From the NCBI GenBank assembly GCA_964057225.1, contig OZ059895.1:8618001-8682000 (forward strand): a stretch of 64,000 nucleotides of DNA. The letters are read 5' to 3'. Numbering within the stretch: the stretch's first letter is position 1; each line of letters opens with the position of its first letter. The stretch comes from Auanema rhodensis (lineage: Eukaryota > Animalia > Nematoda). Under the pieces are notes generated by a model. The model was not told where the DNA came from and did no database searches. It saw nothing but the letters and a program-made list of their open reading frames with translations. Shown in pieces: positions 27,318 to 41,811 of this stretch. The position numbers and the translations under genes are program-made.

Positions 27318-30300
27318 TTATGATTCGTCATCCATATCTTCCAAGAGAGATTCAGCTTCTTCTTCTTGACGGCCACGTCGGCGGACGAGAAGGGTTGAAC
27401 CTTTGCTCGCGAGACCTGCTCCGAGCGAAGAGTTAGGAGTACTAGAAACGTTGTTAGATGCCAATGTACGACGTGGTTTCTCGGTAAGAGCTGCTCCAAC
27501 AAAAGACAAGCTGATAGGAATGGCTGCGAAAAGCTGAACAAGATTTGGAGGACGCTGTCGGAAAATGGTATCGGCTAAGAAGCTCAACGGAATCGAGAGA
27601 GTTACAGATATAGATGCAAGTAAAGGATCTGTCAAACCAGCAGCCAGAAGCCACAGATAATCAGCGATTAATGTTCCTGTGATGGAAAGATTAAAAATGG
27701 AATATAAGCGGTAGACACTTACCTATAACAGCGGAGAGCACAATAGAGCCTAACTGTTCATGATTTGGTAAAGGGTAAAGCGACTCCCATCCAATCATAT
27801 CCAAAGCATAAATAATTGGTGTTCCTATTATTATGCATAACATACCAATAGTACCTATAAACAAATTAAGTATACAAATACCTATTTTACAGTAATTTAA
27901 ATTTAATTTTTAAAAAAATATAAGAGAAGAGTTATTCAGCTGTGCATATTCATATTTTGGAATCTCGTATTATACAGTCTTTGAGATTTTGAAGACTTTG
28001 TGAAACCGGGAACAAACTCATTAATAATTCCCAAGTATATGTTTCTAGCCTTTAATTTTGTATTTTCAAAAGTGAAACTAGCCCATAAAGAAAGGAAGAA
28101 CATGGATAAATGGCAACTCACAAAAATGTCATAAAATGCCGCTCAATTGATGAAGGTGATGGCCAATTGAACATCAATTAGCTTTTTAAGCAACCTTCAA
28201 CCGATCATCACTTTCTACAATGATCATTATGAGCATAAAGTATCGTTCCTGATTTCAATCGAACAACGGAACCCTTGGGAGAAAGTTAAAAAGAAGACAG
28301 CGATCTGGAGGACATAAGTCACATAGCAAGCATGTTACAAAGCTCATCCACATCCTTCTGTCTGGAACCTGTCATGACCGTGAACAACCAACGGTTGAGG
28401 TATGCACAGGTAGTTGAAGTGTCATAGATATCCACAAATTTTCTAAACGAATCCTCGCTTACGAGTCAAAAATCTCTGAATAGTGAATCTGGGGTATCTG
28501 ATGTTGTGTATTTTTTGGCAAAGCAACCATAAACCAAAATTTGACAATACAAAGAATCATTGTTACTCGGAGCAAGGTTACTCCGCTAAAAAAAACTTAA
28601 CGAACTATGAACAGACTCAGTGTTAGAAGAACAGAACACTACCAATTGTTCTAAATTAACCTTATAGACAATTCCTATTGCGGCCATTCAAGAGACAGCC
28701 GATGTATTACCAGGTCGTGACCTCTGATGGGACTTGGGTCCTCAGACTGTCTATTGCCATTAGGATTCTGCATAGGCTTTTTTAGTTATTAGTTATATCA
28801 GGTCTCGTTTTATTCCTCCTTTCTCTTTTCTCTCTCACTTTAACAATAAGAGAAACACGCATCGGATAGTAGAACTAGCCCCTAGAATCCAGGGAAAGAA
28901 GAGAAAAAGAGTTAATTAGCAACCTTTTAGTGTTGCCTATTCTAGTAAAAAAAATGACCAAGCAAACATTTCCAACACTTTTTTCTGCTCTTTTTATTTT
29001 GGAACATTTATTTCTCTCCATTCACCCATTCAATTCTCACCTATCATTCCCATGCAATATTGCAGTCAAAAAATATCTATATGTTCGAGGTCGAACACAG
29101 AGCTCCTGAGGAACAGGAAAGAAAACAAAAAATAAAAAAAACCAGGGACACTGTGCGCCGCCGGGCCGCTTGGATCGGCATCTGAAGTTCTTGAAAAAAC
29201 TTGAGAGGCCTTAACGAGATTCCTGAGACCGTTCGATCCCATCCGAATTAGTATTTCAAGGTTTGCTTAGGGATGCAAATACATGTAGTTTACAGATTAC
29301 CAGTTATACTATTCAATATAACAACTAAACGAAACTTAAGTAAAGCCTTTCGAACATCGATCGGTTAAAAGATTACGTATTTAACAGGTGTAATCTGACC
29401 GCATGAACCAAAACCTAATACTAGTTCTACTGATTTCAAATTTCCTATTTCATCTCACTCTCGATCATATTATAAAACCGAGAGCATGCCATCGATAAAC
29501 TGCAACAAGGTCAATGCAGAACCGACAACTGAATCAAGAATGTCTTTTCTCTCTCGTTTTTCGCATTATATAACAATGATTTTATTACAAATTCGCACAA
29601 AGAATTAGGCCAAAAGTCAGGCGAATGGCAACTTATGTTCTCATGCCAATTTAAAAGCTTATACAAGCAGAAAATGTTGGAAAACATATCCTCTTTAACA
29701 CCACGATGATGCTGCAACGAAGTTTCTTTTACTTACTCGTTATTGGCATAGGTAATGAACTGAATATGTGACTGGGCTACCTGCATTGACAGCATCTGTT
29801 GCCGAGAATGGAAACATTTCCGGCGAGGTCATTCACATCGTCCAGTTGTTTGGCATATATTTTAAAGGAGAAAACGCAAACAAAGGGAACTTTGATGATA
29901 ACATGAGAAACAATCGTCGTTGTGATTCTGAATTTCAACATCCAAAAGACTACATCAGATTAATAACAAGTGGAGAATCAGCATAGTAAATACATTTAAA
30001 CTATAAAGGACAAATGCAAGGACAAAACCAATTGATCTATAAACGTCTCTAATATTCCTTAAAAATGATAGTTAATCATTTACCCTTTTCCCAAACATTT
30101 CCTAAGCCATAGTATTCCTAGAAACAGATATTTCCATTAAGGGTTCTTCAACTTTCATTTGTTATAAGGAAAACTCTGGCATGTCTAGCTGAAAAGTTTC
30201 TTTATCGTTCCTATTGATCTCTCTGTTTATGAATTAAAATACCAAAGCCATAACCGTCGAAGAAAAGATTTCACTGTATTTAAGTAGGGAGAGAGAGAGA

Positions 30301-31857
30301 GAGGAAGTGCCTGTGGTTAAAAAGACTGTGTATGTGGGAGAGAAAGCAAGCGTCCCGAATAAAATAACGAACTAACGTATGAAGGTCAGCAGAACACACT
30401 GAGAGTGGCAGCACGATCAAAAAACCGGACTGATTTCACCTTACTCGTAGTCTACAACCCTCTCTTTTCATAGCCATTCGCCTTCTACCGACCTCCATTC
30501 ATAGAAAGCACATAACCAGGGGCCACAGGGAGGTTCATTGCGTCTTTATGTTTTCAAATGAAATTTTTCAAACGCATTTACGAGCAAGTTGAATCAAGTA
30601 TAAAAACTTAAACTTACCCATCATCAAGTTCATATTTAAAGTTCCGTGGTTATCTTGGTAACGAGAATAAAGAGTGAGGTATAAAGCATATGCCATTGCT
30701 GATATCTAAAAAAAAACAAAAAATTTAAAAATTGCTTGTAAATTTAATTATGTTTATCAATACATTATTGATAAAATCATAATCAGTGTTCTCACCTGTG
30801 CGAATATTACACCGGTAAGATTAGCTGACAGTTTTGAGACTGCAATAACTCCTCCGATATTAAGTATTACCAAAATAGCCTGCAAAAAACGAAGATATGC
30901 TGCAAAAATTACATATACTACCTTGTAAAGAGTGAAAGATGATCCCGTTGAAGGAATACATGCATTTAAGACGAGCACAAAAAGCGACGATGAAGAGGAT
31001 ACTAAGTTTAGAGAAGATACTGACGTAAAAAGAAGACCAGCTTGATACGAAAAGGATGAAACGAGCCACTGAAAAGTAAAATAGCACATTAAAAGATCAA
31101 TTCATATCAGCAAAATACAAGAAATGAATCTAGTGTCAAGAAAACCTACAATTGGACCAAAAACAAACAGTATATTTTTCATTTGATCAGATAAAACGCA
31201 TAAATCCTCAAATTCGCAAATTGAATGAGAATATGGAAGACGCGCTTTTCTCGCTTCTTCAGCTTCATCGCATGGTAATCGACGTACCTATATAAACATA
31301 TTATTCATAAAAACCCTGAATAAATTATGATACCTCTCTTTTTGGAGCGAATCGAATTTTTTTTCGCTTTTCGTTGATATTTTCCTCTAATTCAGAATCA
31401 GATCCTGACACAGTCTCAAATCCTTCTAAAGCCTGAAGAAAAAATATCCAAAAGATGAGATTACACAAAACTGAAATCAAAACTCACTAAAGTATGCTGA
31501 ACCATACTAAAAGACTCCTCGGAAAGATTGTTATCAAGAACTTGGTAAGTCTGGAAGAAACGCACCATAAGTTTAATATTAAAAGACTTCAATACCTCAG
31601 GCGGTTTGGGACATAAAATATATTTTACAAGATATATAGCGAGTAGACTTGTTTTCACATATACCGTGAAAAAGGGACGCTTAAAATCCTCATCGACAAA
31701 CAAAAACTTAAAGAAACAAATGATAACAAATAGGATTTCAATCACTTGCTCTAGTAATTTCTGCGGAAAGCACCCATAAGATATTTACGATGACTAACAA
31801 GATAACACCTATGAATCTTCCGTCGAATAAGGCTCCATTGCGCGAGCCATTAGGCAT
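27318..31857 (-). CDS. SLC35F5-like DMT-superfamily transporter
   Basis: Ten exons: MPNGSRNG...GVILLVIVNILWVLSAEITR|FLFVDEDFKRPFFTVYVKTS...VSSLNLVSSSSSLFVL...ISAMAYALY...GTLIADYLWLLAAGLTDPLLASISVTLSIPLSFLAD. One GC-AG intron (31749-31707) and one 2763-nt intron (30617-27855). Confidence 0.88.
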
Positions 31858-33313
31858 CACAACCTATAAAAAACAATATTGTTAACATGAGCATACAAAA
31901 CTTCAAATTAAAATTGAAAGATAGCACTTAAAATGTGCTTAAAGATAAAAATATAAAAGATAATATAATAAGACAAAAAACAAAATAGGAATATTGTTAA
32001 AATTATATAAATATAAATTAAAATCATAAAGCATAGTTCCAGCGTCTCCTTCGTAAAAGGATTCAATGCGCGCGTGCAATTCCACGTCTATACGCAATTT
32101 AACGTTTCCTGTTCTAAATTCATAGAGGAGGCCGCCCCAGAAGAGGAACGACTACTGTGACCAACAAAGGCTTTAAAAAATGTTCATATAGAGGAAAACA
32201 CATAGGCAAGCTCTCAGGAAGTTTTCAGCTGTCGGTATATGCTAATAATGAAAATAAAACTTAATATGTCCAAATAAAGCACATAAAAGGTATAGTATTG
32301 ATTTTTAATATCGAAATGAAAAAGAGAGATGAAAACCACAGCCGCACCTCCCAACTAGGAATTTTGAATTGAAGATTTTATGAAAAATAAATAAAAGTCA
32401 CAAATTTGTTTACCAAACAAACCTTCCATGGAAAGTTTTTCTTTGCTTCGATTATAAAATTCATAGAAGATTACAATATGAAAATGCCGATAACGTCATC
32501 GACAACATCTAACTTTAAAAATTCATGTAAGATGTTAAATAAATAAAAATGAAATATATACTTACATCTGTTTGATATTTTATGATATTTCTAATAAGGT
32601 ATGTGATTATAATAATCATTAAAGTTTATAGAAGTTCAACTTGCTTAGTGATGATTTTTGAGCGAACTCTTTGTTTTTAACAAGTAATTTTAGACTTTAG
32701 GTAAAGACAATTCATGTAAACAGATTATATTAATTGAAAATAACTGTTTTAAATATTTATAAAAGCCCGTATTAAAAACAAAACAAAAATATAAATTATC
32801 TAAAAGAAACAAATTGAGTATTTAACGGAAAAATTAAAATACTCGTAAAAACACATATTTATGAAAAAAAAAATAAAATTCATTTCAAACCGGATGAATA
32901 GGAGAGGTCAAACTAAAGTGAAAAAAAGGAAATTAAAATCAATAGCTTGAAAAATATTACACACATAGATTATGAAGTGTTATTTACTTTCAAAGAGTAT
33001 AGCATAAAGAAGAATTAAGACCAAATATGAAGAACTGAAATTCCGATGAGAAAGAAAACAAAAATGAAAATTGCATCATAAAATAATTTTCTGGGGGCTT
33101 CTGTTCAAGTTCAAAAAGCAAGCCACAAAGTTTTTTGTGTCAGTTCTTTATATATGAGATGTTATGGTTCAATTGATAAAAAGTCTTGATCTGTTACATG
33201 TAGGAGGAGTGGGAGTCATTTCGTAAGAACTGGATTTAAAAACACAAAAATATAATTCAAGCCTATTTTCAAAATATCTAATAAATGCATTTTGTTCTCT
33301 ATTGATAAATAGA

Positions 33314-33348
<35 letters not shown>

Positions 33349-33385
33349 TGAGAAAGAGATAAATAAGAATAAAAGCTTCATTCAA

Positions 33386-36300
33386 TTATGCTTCTCTACT
33401 TAACAATGATTTATCCATGCTTAATCGAAAAGGTAGCTTTCGATCAGATAAATCTCGATGACGTCCGGATGATATGGGCACTTCAGTATGGAACTCATTA
33501 GGAGATGTTGATGATTGGCGTGACTGAAAGCATTTTCCTTTACGACAGAACACGACCTGAGCAAATGATGATCGGAAACTCTCTGAAATTATATTAAATT
33601 TGAAACTATTTGTGAGGGAAAAGTAAAAAAATTCACTAACCGCACATAAAGTTATACAGAACTGGGTTTAAGCAACTTGAAGAATAACTGAAAACTCGAG
33701 GAATCAGCTTTCGAAAAGCAATCCATTCTTCACTAGCATCCGTTGTTAATAGATCAAACGCTCTTAAACACATAAGAATATTGAAACAAAGAATACATGA
33801 AAAGAAAACTTACAAACATATGTTATATAGATGTACAGGAAGGTACGATATGGCAAATAAACAAACGACAGCTATCAGCATTCTCACAGCTTTTCGTCGA
33901 TACATCACTTGACGACGTCCCATTCTGGCAAAAAAAATATGAAAAAACATGAGAAATGTGGAAAATCTTACGACAGTTGACAATAATTCAGAGTTTTAGT
34001 CATTTTAAAGCACAAAAACACAATAAACATAAGTGGAAAGAAATATGATAGAAGAGCCTATAAGAATATATATTATTTATAAACATATATACGATATATT
34101 TATTGAAAAACCTGTATTATTTGATAATTTCTTTGAAAAGATTCTGACCATGACTCACGGCATTGTGTTCCCCACTTAAATTAAATTAAATTATTATTAA
34201 TATTAAATAATATGATATATTCAATACCGTTGTTCTAAAATTAGGTCTGTCAAACTCTGCATATTGTAATTCAACAGTAACTGGTTCTGGTAATGATAAA
34301 AGAAGAGCTATGATCCATGTACCTATGAATAGTTAAAGGTTTATAAAGAATAAAGAATGAAAATATTAAGAAAATCTACTTACCAGCAATAACAAGTTTC
34401 GTTGATTTAACTGGCCTCTTTAAAGGACATGTTATAGCTCGCCATCGTTCAAATGTTATAAACACCAGCGATATAATGGATACATAAACAGAAGTATTCT
34501 TAATAATATAACATAAATTAATTATGATAATTTATAAAATATAAATATACTTGTATGAATATCATTGATTTGCAAAAAAATATTGATAGCCAGAATGTCT
34601 TGGTGACGTCATTGATGACAGTAGGTGGAAGACAGAACAGCAGAATTAATAAATCTGCACAAGCTAGATTCGTCAAGAAAATATTCATTGTTGACCACTG
34701 AAATATGCAAGATTTTTCTTTTTTTTAACTTTTGCTTGTGACTGCAAAAAAAAAAAATTTAATTTGCTGTTTCTTAAAAAGAATTTCTGCTTCATATGGC
34801 CCCTCTCTCAGTTTTTGGCCGTAAAATCATTGATACAAATTTGGAAACTTCATTCAACTATACATAAATTGAAAACTTTAATCAAAGCTGTTATCATTAA
34901 CTTATAATTTATATCAATTTCCGTTATATATTAATCTTTTAGTTGTCCTCCCCCCCCCCCATTCTGATTGTTAAAGCTCATCCAAAATTCAGTGAGTGTC
35001 ATACATGCAAATAGAAAAGAATCAAATAAACAATTGTTCTGTTATATTAAAATTTAAAAATTGAATGATAACATGACATCATCCTTCCTATCTACCCCCA
35101 TAAAAGGTTAAAAAATAAATCGCAAACTTATTATTTTTAATTTAAAAATAGGATATGATGGTTTCACACATATTAATGACGTCAGGAGTTCGGCCAACAA
35201 TCATAATGTCCTAATTATCAAAACTCCCAAAATTATATTTACTGAGATTATTCAAGAAAAAAGTAGTCTTATCTCATGTTTTAAATCCATTTTGAACGCA
35301 AAAAACAAGACTAATTAGCCTTTTCAGGAGTTTAACATCGGATTTAAACCAAAAACAGAAACAACTTTAGTGATGATGTGAAGTAGCTTAGGCTTAAGCA
35401 GCTCGAATTTAAATTATAAAAAGTGAGAATAGCTTTAGAATAGTAAGAAACTTAAATTCAAGGATTACAAGACCAATTATATTAAATATTATAATATTAT
35501 CCTTATATAAATTAACATAATATATACATATGTATTGATAATTATGTTTATTTTAGTAAATTATCAAAACAATATTTAAAAAAAATTAATATTTTAGAAT
35601 TTGAAGATAAATCTTTAACCCTAAAAAAGAAATAAAAAAACAAAAAGAGATTTCAATGTGAAATAAATTCAATTAAAAAACGAAAAAAGAAAGAACATTT
35701 GCGCTTGAAAAATCGCTTAAAAAGCTAATTAAAATTAATTTTCGAATGTTAAATTAAGTTAATTATACAAATTTACAAAATAAAATAAAAGTATTCATTA
35801 TTACTCTTTCAATTTATATCAAAGATTCATTTTAATAAGGAAAAATGTTGTTTGTTTTGTTTTTATTTTGCTTGAATTTCATTCATTTACGGAAGAATTT
35901 TACTAAATACTATATATAGTATATTGTATAATATCTTTGATATTATATATTTAGTTTTCAAATTATCTCAGATCTTTTCTAGTATATTAGAACAAATAGA
36001 AAAGATATCTGCATTTGACGAGTGACAATTTCTTTTTTTTTCTATTATTTCTATTCTTATAATACGTGTACACAAAATAGAATTAGGATGTTTATGGAAA
36101 TCAATATAAATATATTTAACTATATAGATAGTTAGATAGATAGTTAAAGATATAGTTTGATAGATAGTTAGATAGTTAGATAGATTGAGAGAGAGAGATG
36201 GATAGATGTATTCATATTATTAGTAAAATATATTCAAGAAATTTTGTTGATTTAATTTATTTATAGAAAACTTTACATAGAGCATTTTGCATTACATCAT

Positions 36301-37298
36301 TCTTTTCTAGTTCAAAGTCATTTAAAATTTGAAATAAGAAAGTATTTCATTATAAAAACTTATGTCCATTGAGTTTAGACATTTAATCTTCAAATTATTG
36401 AAAATATTCTCTAAAATTTCTTTAAATTCTGATCCCAAACTCATGATGTGTAAGCTTTTGATGAAAAAATTTCTATTCTGTTTCAAAGCTCGAAATAAAA
36501 AGAAATCCCATTACATAATATATGATAAGTCGTTCGTTTTAGAAGCTGCTGAGAAAGTGTTAAGGAGAGAATCAGAAGATATGCCTTAGGCTACATTTTC
36601 CTCTCCTTCTCAACAACACAAGGATAATTCCCGTACGAATAGTTGTATTCAAACAGCCTAAATCAAAATTACGTAAGAGACATTGGTCGAAGATGCTATT
36701 TTCCAAAAATGCTTGTTTGTATAATGCATTTATGGCGATATTCCAATCTTCATTCCTAATATCCTACATACATGCATACATATGCTTTATGTCAATAAAA
36801 TGTGAACAAAAATTAAATCTAGGCAACAATAAGATTTAGTTAAATATGGATTTAGACAACTGTTATATATGTTTAAATGTAATATTCGGAAGTCCAAATA
36901 AAGTTCATCATGTTCAGAAAATATTAGAAACATTCCGGCAAAGGAACCCAAAGGAAGAAGAAGAGGAAGAAATAGAAGAAGAAAGAAAGAAAGAAAATAA
37001 AATAACACTAACCATAGATTTCTTGAAGACAACCACCAAGACGACTAGCATATTACCAACAACTCCAATGACAAGCATAACGGTAAGAAATGACACAAAA
37101 ATCAGCTCAACCCATCCAGGCTTTAGATAATCTGCTATTTCCGCCTAAAACATTCAACGCTTATACTTGGAATGTTGTATATTTTCATATTTTGCACTTT
37201 TTTTATCAAAATTATCTTTATTTTCAAAAAAATTAGAAATTTCTTACCTCATAGTCTTCATCACTTAGTGTGCTCGTGACGCTTGCCGTTGACTCCAT
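33386..37298 (-). CDS. npr-14: Rhodopsin-family neuropeptide GPCR, orexin/allatotropin-receptor-like
   Basis: Ten exons encoding seven TMs: GVVGNMLVV, NIFLTNLACADLLILLFCLPPTV, ITFERWRAITCPL, RRKAVRMLIAVVCLFAISYLPVH, SSCLNPVLYNFM. The E/DRW motif is orexin-type. The symbol is inferred from family and proximity to nhr-85. Confidence 0.82.
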
Positions 37299-40200
37299 TA
37301 TAATGTCTTGCTCGTCCCGGGAGTCGTCGCCGTCGTTTGGACGTCAGACGTCGTCTGTCTGTCAGCACGTCTGTTTTGAATCAGTTAAAGACAGATAATG
37401 ACTCGGCTTCAAAAACGATCAGCAAGTTGAAATAAGCTGCTGTGACTTGTAGAAGCTATGGAATGAGCAATTGGTCAGCTTGGTTACGTTTGTGATATGA
37501 TGTTACTGCAAAAGAAAAATAAACTTTAATTTGAATGTTTTACGTTAAAAATTGCGATAACAATGATTTATACATTAAAGAAAGATTTATTTAACAGGAT
37601 TGAGTAAAAGAGGAAAAGAGAAAAATATGAAGCTTCAATACGAATGAATAAATTTCAGAAATTTCGGAGCAGATAGTTAATTAGCTTAATATATGAAAAG
37701 TAGCTGAAGTAAAAATTGAAAAGCTAAGAGAGGAGGGGGAGGAGATAGTTGAATGCAACCGCTTATTCTGCTTACAACCGTCAAAATGATTTTGAAGTGT
37801 TTAGCATGGTTTACATACATAAATCTTATTTACTTAATTGAAGAATATGAATTAAAAGGAATATACATAGTAAGTTAAAAAGAATCCTGAAAATCCAATG
37901 AAATGAAAATAAAAGGTAAAATGAAAGCAATGAGATAAAAGAAAAAAAAATGTATGAACGATGAACGTTGAAGGGAAAAAATAATAATACAAGTGTCATT
38001 TGAACCTTTCATAGAATCAGCATGTTACAATGGCTACATGAATAAAAAAAAAGAAAAATAAAAAATAATTTCGAAAGATTTATTGTGAAATTTCAAATTA
38101 TATACTTTATTGAGAGAAAAAAAAAGATATGATATATCAAAAGTAAGTGAAAAAAATGAGGGAAATGAATAAAATGAACGGTAATGCATCTCAATACAAA
38201 TAAAAACTTTAAAAAAATCCTAAAAAGCAATAACTTAATGAATTTTATAGTATTTTGAAATAGTCAATTGAGCATAATATCTGCAAAATATAGCTTGAAT
38301 ACGTTTCTTGAATATATAGTCAGATTACATGATCAATAGAAAAATGTTTTGAAGTTAAGTAATAGAGAAGAGATTATGAAGTATTATCTAAAATCAGATA
38401 AATTAGTGTTAAAATGATAATTTTTATGTTTAGTCTTCAAAAAATAAACAAAAACAATAATAACATTTAAACAAAACTTATTCGTTTTCTGCAAAATTTC
38501 ATATGCCATGTTCCAAAAAATGCTGGAATAGACTTTATGTTGTAAAAGAATATAAGCAATATCAATGCTACATTTAGAAATTTGCAAAATTAAAGACAGT
38601 CAAGTTTGATATAATATGATGATTGATTGTGTTAAAAAGCTTAAGAAAATCAAAATATCGAAACTTGCTGAGCTTTTTGTGATATGAGGTTCATGTGCAT
38701 CGATATACATGATGTATCATTTGAATGAATTGCTTCAATATTGGAAAATTAAACCTAATTTTGATAGATTCTCTTGAAATGAAAAACCTATTACATCAAA
38801 AGTTGTCGATAAAGTTGGTAATCCAAAGCTTGCTGGCTGACTGGATCACACCACAAAGAGGCGGGAAGAACGTCGTTGTCGTTGTTAGTGTAGTTTAAAC
38901 GACGAAGACCACCGCCTCAGATAGATGTATGAGTCTTCGATGAAGCACTGGCATATACTCCCCGGATGTGCGTAGAAGTACGAAGGTCAACGTTAGATTC
39001 TGGAGAACTTTATGAACATCGTATCGACTCTGTGCCCAACCCTCCTAAGTCAGAAATGTCTAGTATTACTAGCCAAGAGAATGACTGACAGGTATAATAG
39101 TTGCTCCCATTGAAATTAAAGAATTCCAAATGAAGCAGAAAAAAACATTAAAACATTGACCAGTTTTTGCAAAAAAAAAACGATACAGACATTAAGTTAA
39201 TACAATTGAACTGGTTTTTCTTTAAATATTAGAATGCGATGTATTAGAAAGAAAGACAAAAATAAGCAGAAAAAATGATAAATATACATAAAACTGAGAA
39301 ATATATGAAAGAATACAGTTCAATACATAAAAAATTAGTTTTAAGATATTATAGAAAAAACGAAAAAATGAAATAAAAAGAAAGGACTATATGTATTTCT
39401 TTTTCTTTGTAATATCAGTACTACAATATATTTTATAATAATTATAATAAAAATATATAAAATGTATATATTTTGTATTAGAATATATATATATAATATA
39501 TTTATTTATATAATATAGTATAGATAGAACTTTTTTGATTTCATCTCCTTTATCCGTGTATTGTTTTCTCTTCTTCTAATATTTCGTTGAAAATAATATA
39601 GTTATTCTATTAATTAATTTTTTCTTTGATATTTTTCTTCGAAAATTTCATAAAACTTCGGTAGAATTAGAAGTTGATATAAACATGATTGACGATCACT
39701 AGGAAACAGCTTTTATTATTAGAAAAAGGGAACTTTCGACTAAAATACTCGTAAATTAAAGAGTTTCTCATCCCGTTGTCCATTATTACCATTTTTCGAT
39801 AGTTTAAGCTACTATAGAAATTCATGAGAATTTGCTTATTTTCGTGAAAGAAAAAAATATTTTAGAATAAAATGGATGAAACTGTTGTTAAGGTGATTTG
39901 TTGCTGAAGACTAACTGACTGAAATAACTGGTCAAATGAATACAAAATAATACAAAGTTCAATATAAGCATTTGAATATACATATAACCATATTTTTGAA
40001 TAAGACAAACTATAGGAAACACAATATCATTCATATTTTTTCGACTTTATTGAGAATTTAAAAAGAATTTTGTTCATAAAAAAAGAATAAAGTTATAACA
40101 TACATACATTATATTTCGAGAAATATAGTTAATTCACATTGAAAATATATAAAGATTGTTAGAAACAAAGAAATGAAAACTAAAGGCAATACATCTATCT

Positions 40201-41778
40201 GTCTGCAAAGACGACTAATATACTTCTGAAAAAGCTGAAGCTTTATTTAGATGTTGTTGGAAACAACTCATTTCCTAGTTTTTTTTTCTTTGCCTTAACA
40301 CATGAATCAGTACTGAGACAGGTTTAATTTAATCATTTCAAATAAGGTTAAAGCAGATAATTAAGAAGAGACTTCAACTATTGGAAGTTTTTGCTTCGTA
40401 CAGCTAGTGAGATAGAGCTATGTTATAACATAATTATTCTGATAAAATAATGTTATCTCTTCTATTTTTATAGAATATTTGGTTCAATTTTATTTTTCTT
40501 ACATGTATAATTTTTTTTTCATATACTTGTCTTTCTAATAATTAATAGTTCTAAATCAGTATAGCTTATGCCAGAAAGTCTTAAAATAATGATGTAATTA
40601 AGAAGGAAAGAAGCAGAGAGAAGGAACTAGTAAACAAACTAGTCTGTATCACAAATAAGAAAAATAAAAGAATTTTTTCTATTATTTATCATAATGAACG
40701 AAAAACCGAAATCTTCAAATTTAAAGCGTTTTTTTAAATAGAATTGAAAGTTGATGATGATGCTGACATCAGTGTCATCAACATCGGAACTGTTTTTGGC
40801 TTTAATTAGAATCCTGTTTGAAGAAGTAATATAATCAAATTAATATTAAAACAAATTAATAATGGATACTTAGTCTTTTCTTTAAAGCATAAAATAAACA
40901 GAATAACATAATAACATCATTATTTCTCAGTTTATGTTAAAAAAAAATTTTTTTTTTAATTCAAATTGAAATATACAAAGAATTAATTGAAATATAGACT
41001 GGTTTCTACAGAATTTATCGTTTTCTTATCTTATATTTCAATCCTCAAAGTTCAACTAAAAAAAAGAAAAAACCGCATATCTGATTCTCTCAGTTAGATA
41101 GTTTGAACGGCAAAATTAGGATAAGCTTGAAAATAGAAGAAGGCTAAAAATTTTAATTAACTTCTTTAAGAATAAAATTCAATACGAAAATGAGTCTAAA
41201 TTGCTGAAAATCAAACAAGTAGAGGTGAAAAGTCTTAGAATAAAAATAATCTTTACATAGAAGATGTTGCTAAATGACCGCTCATAGTGCAGTGTTTAGA
41301 ACGACAAAGATCTTAAAATATATTTGTAGTTCAAAGTTATAAAATCAAATGAATTGATCATTTAAGAACACCTTCCAGAAATATTTGTCAGAATTGAAAA
41401 TAGAAAATGTTAGAAAAGCTTTGAGAAAACATTCCTTCTATCTCATGACACGTGAAATTGACGTGAACATTTTCTAAATGAATAAATACCATGTTATTGA
41501 TTGATATTTCCTTTTCAAAAAAACAGAAATACAATCATGTTTAAGGAATTGTTCTATACTCATATGTACAATCATTTATCTGTGAAAAAAATCGAAAATA
41601 TACGAAAAAATTGATATTTTGAACTCAAAGAAATATACGAAATATTGAAAATAGGATGTTACTCACTCGATTTGACACTTGTTTAGTTGATTCAGCTTTC
41701 TGTCATTCTAAATATACTTAATAAGACTGAAAATATTGAGTAACATTAAGATCAACCCAACGAGTTTAATGCTTTTCT

Positions 41779-41811
41779 CTTGCAACTCAAATGAAATTTC
41801 TGAGTTGCAAG
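41779..41811. repeat. Inverted repeat with 11-bp perfect arms
   Basis: CTTGCAACTCA-(11 nt)-TGAGTTGCAAG read directly. Confidence 0.85.

Noticed and set aside
29220-29273. lin-4/miR-125-like TTCCTGAGACC with partial pairing to CTTAGGGA, plus a B-box-like GTTCGATCC
   Set aside because: Seed mismatch, a poorly paired upper stem and no tRNA cloverleaf.
35386-35399. GCTTAGGCTTAAGC, telomere-like TTAGGC
   Set aside because: Only one full unit, with no array or recognisable DNA-elimination motif.
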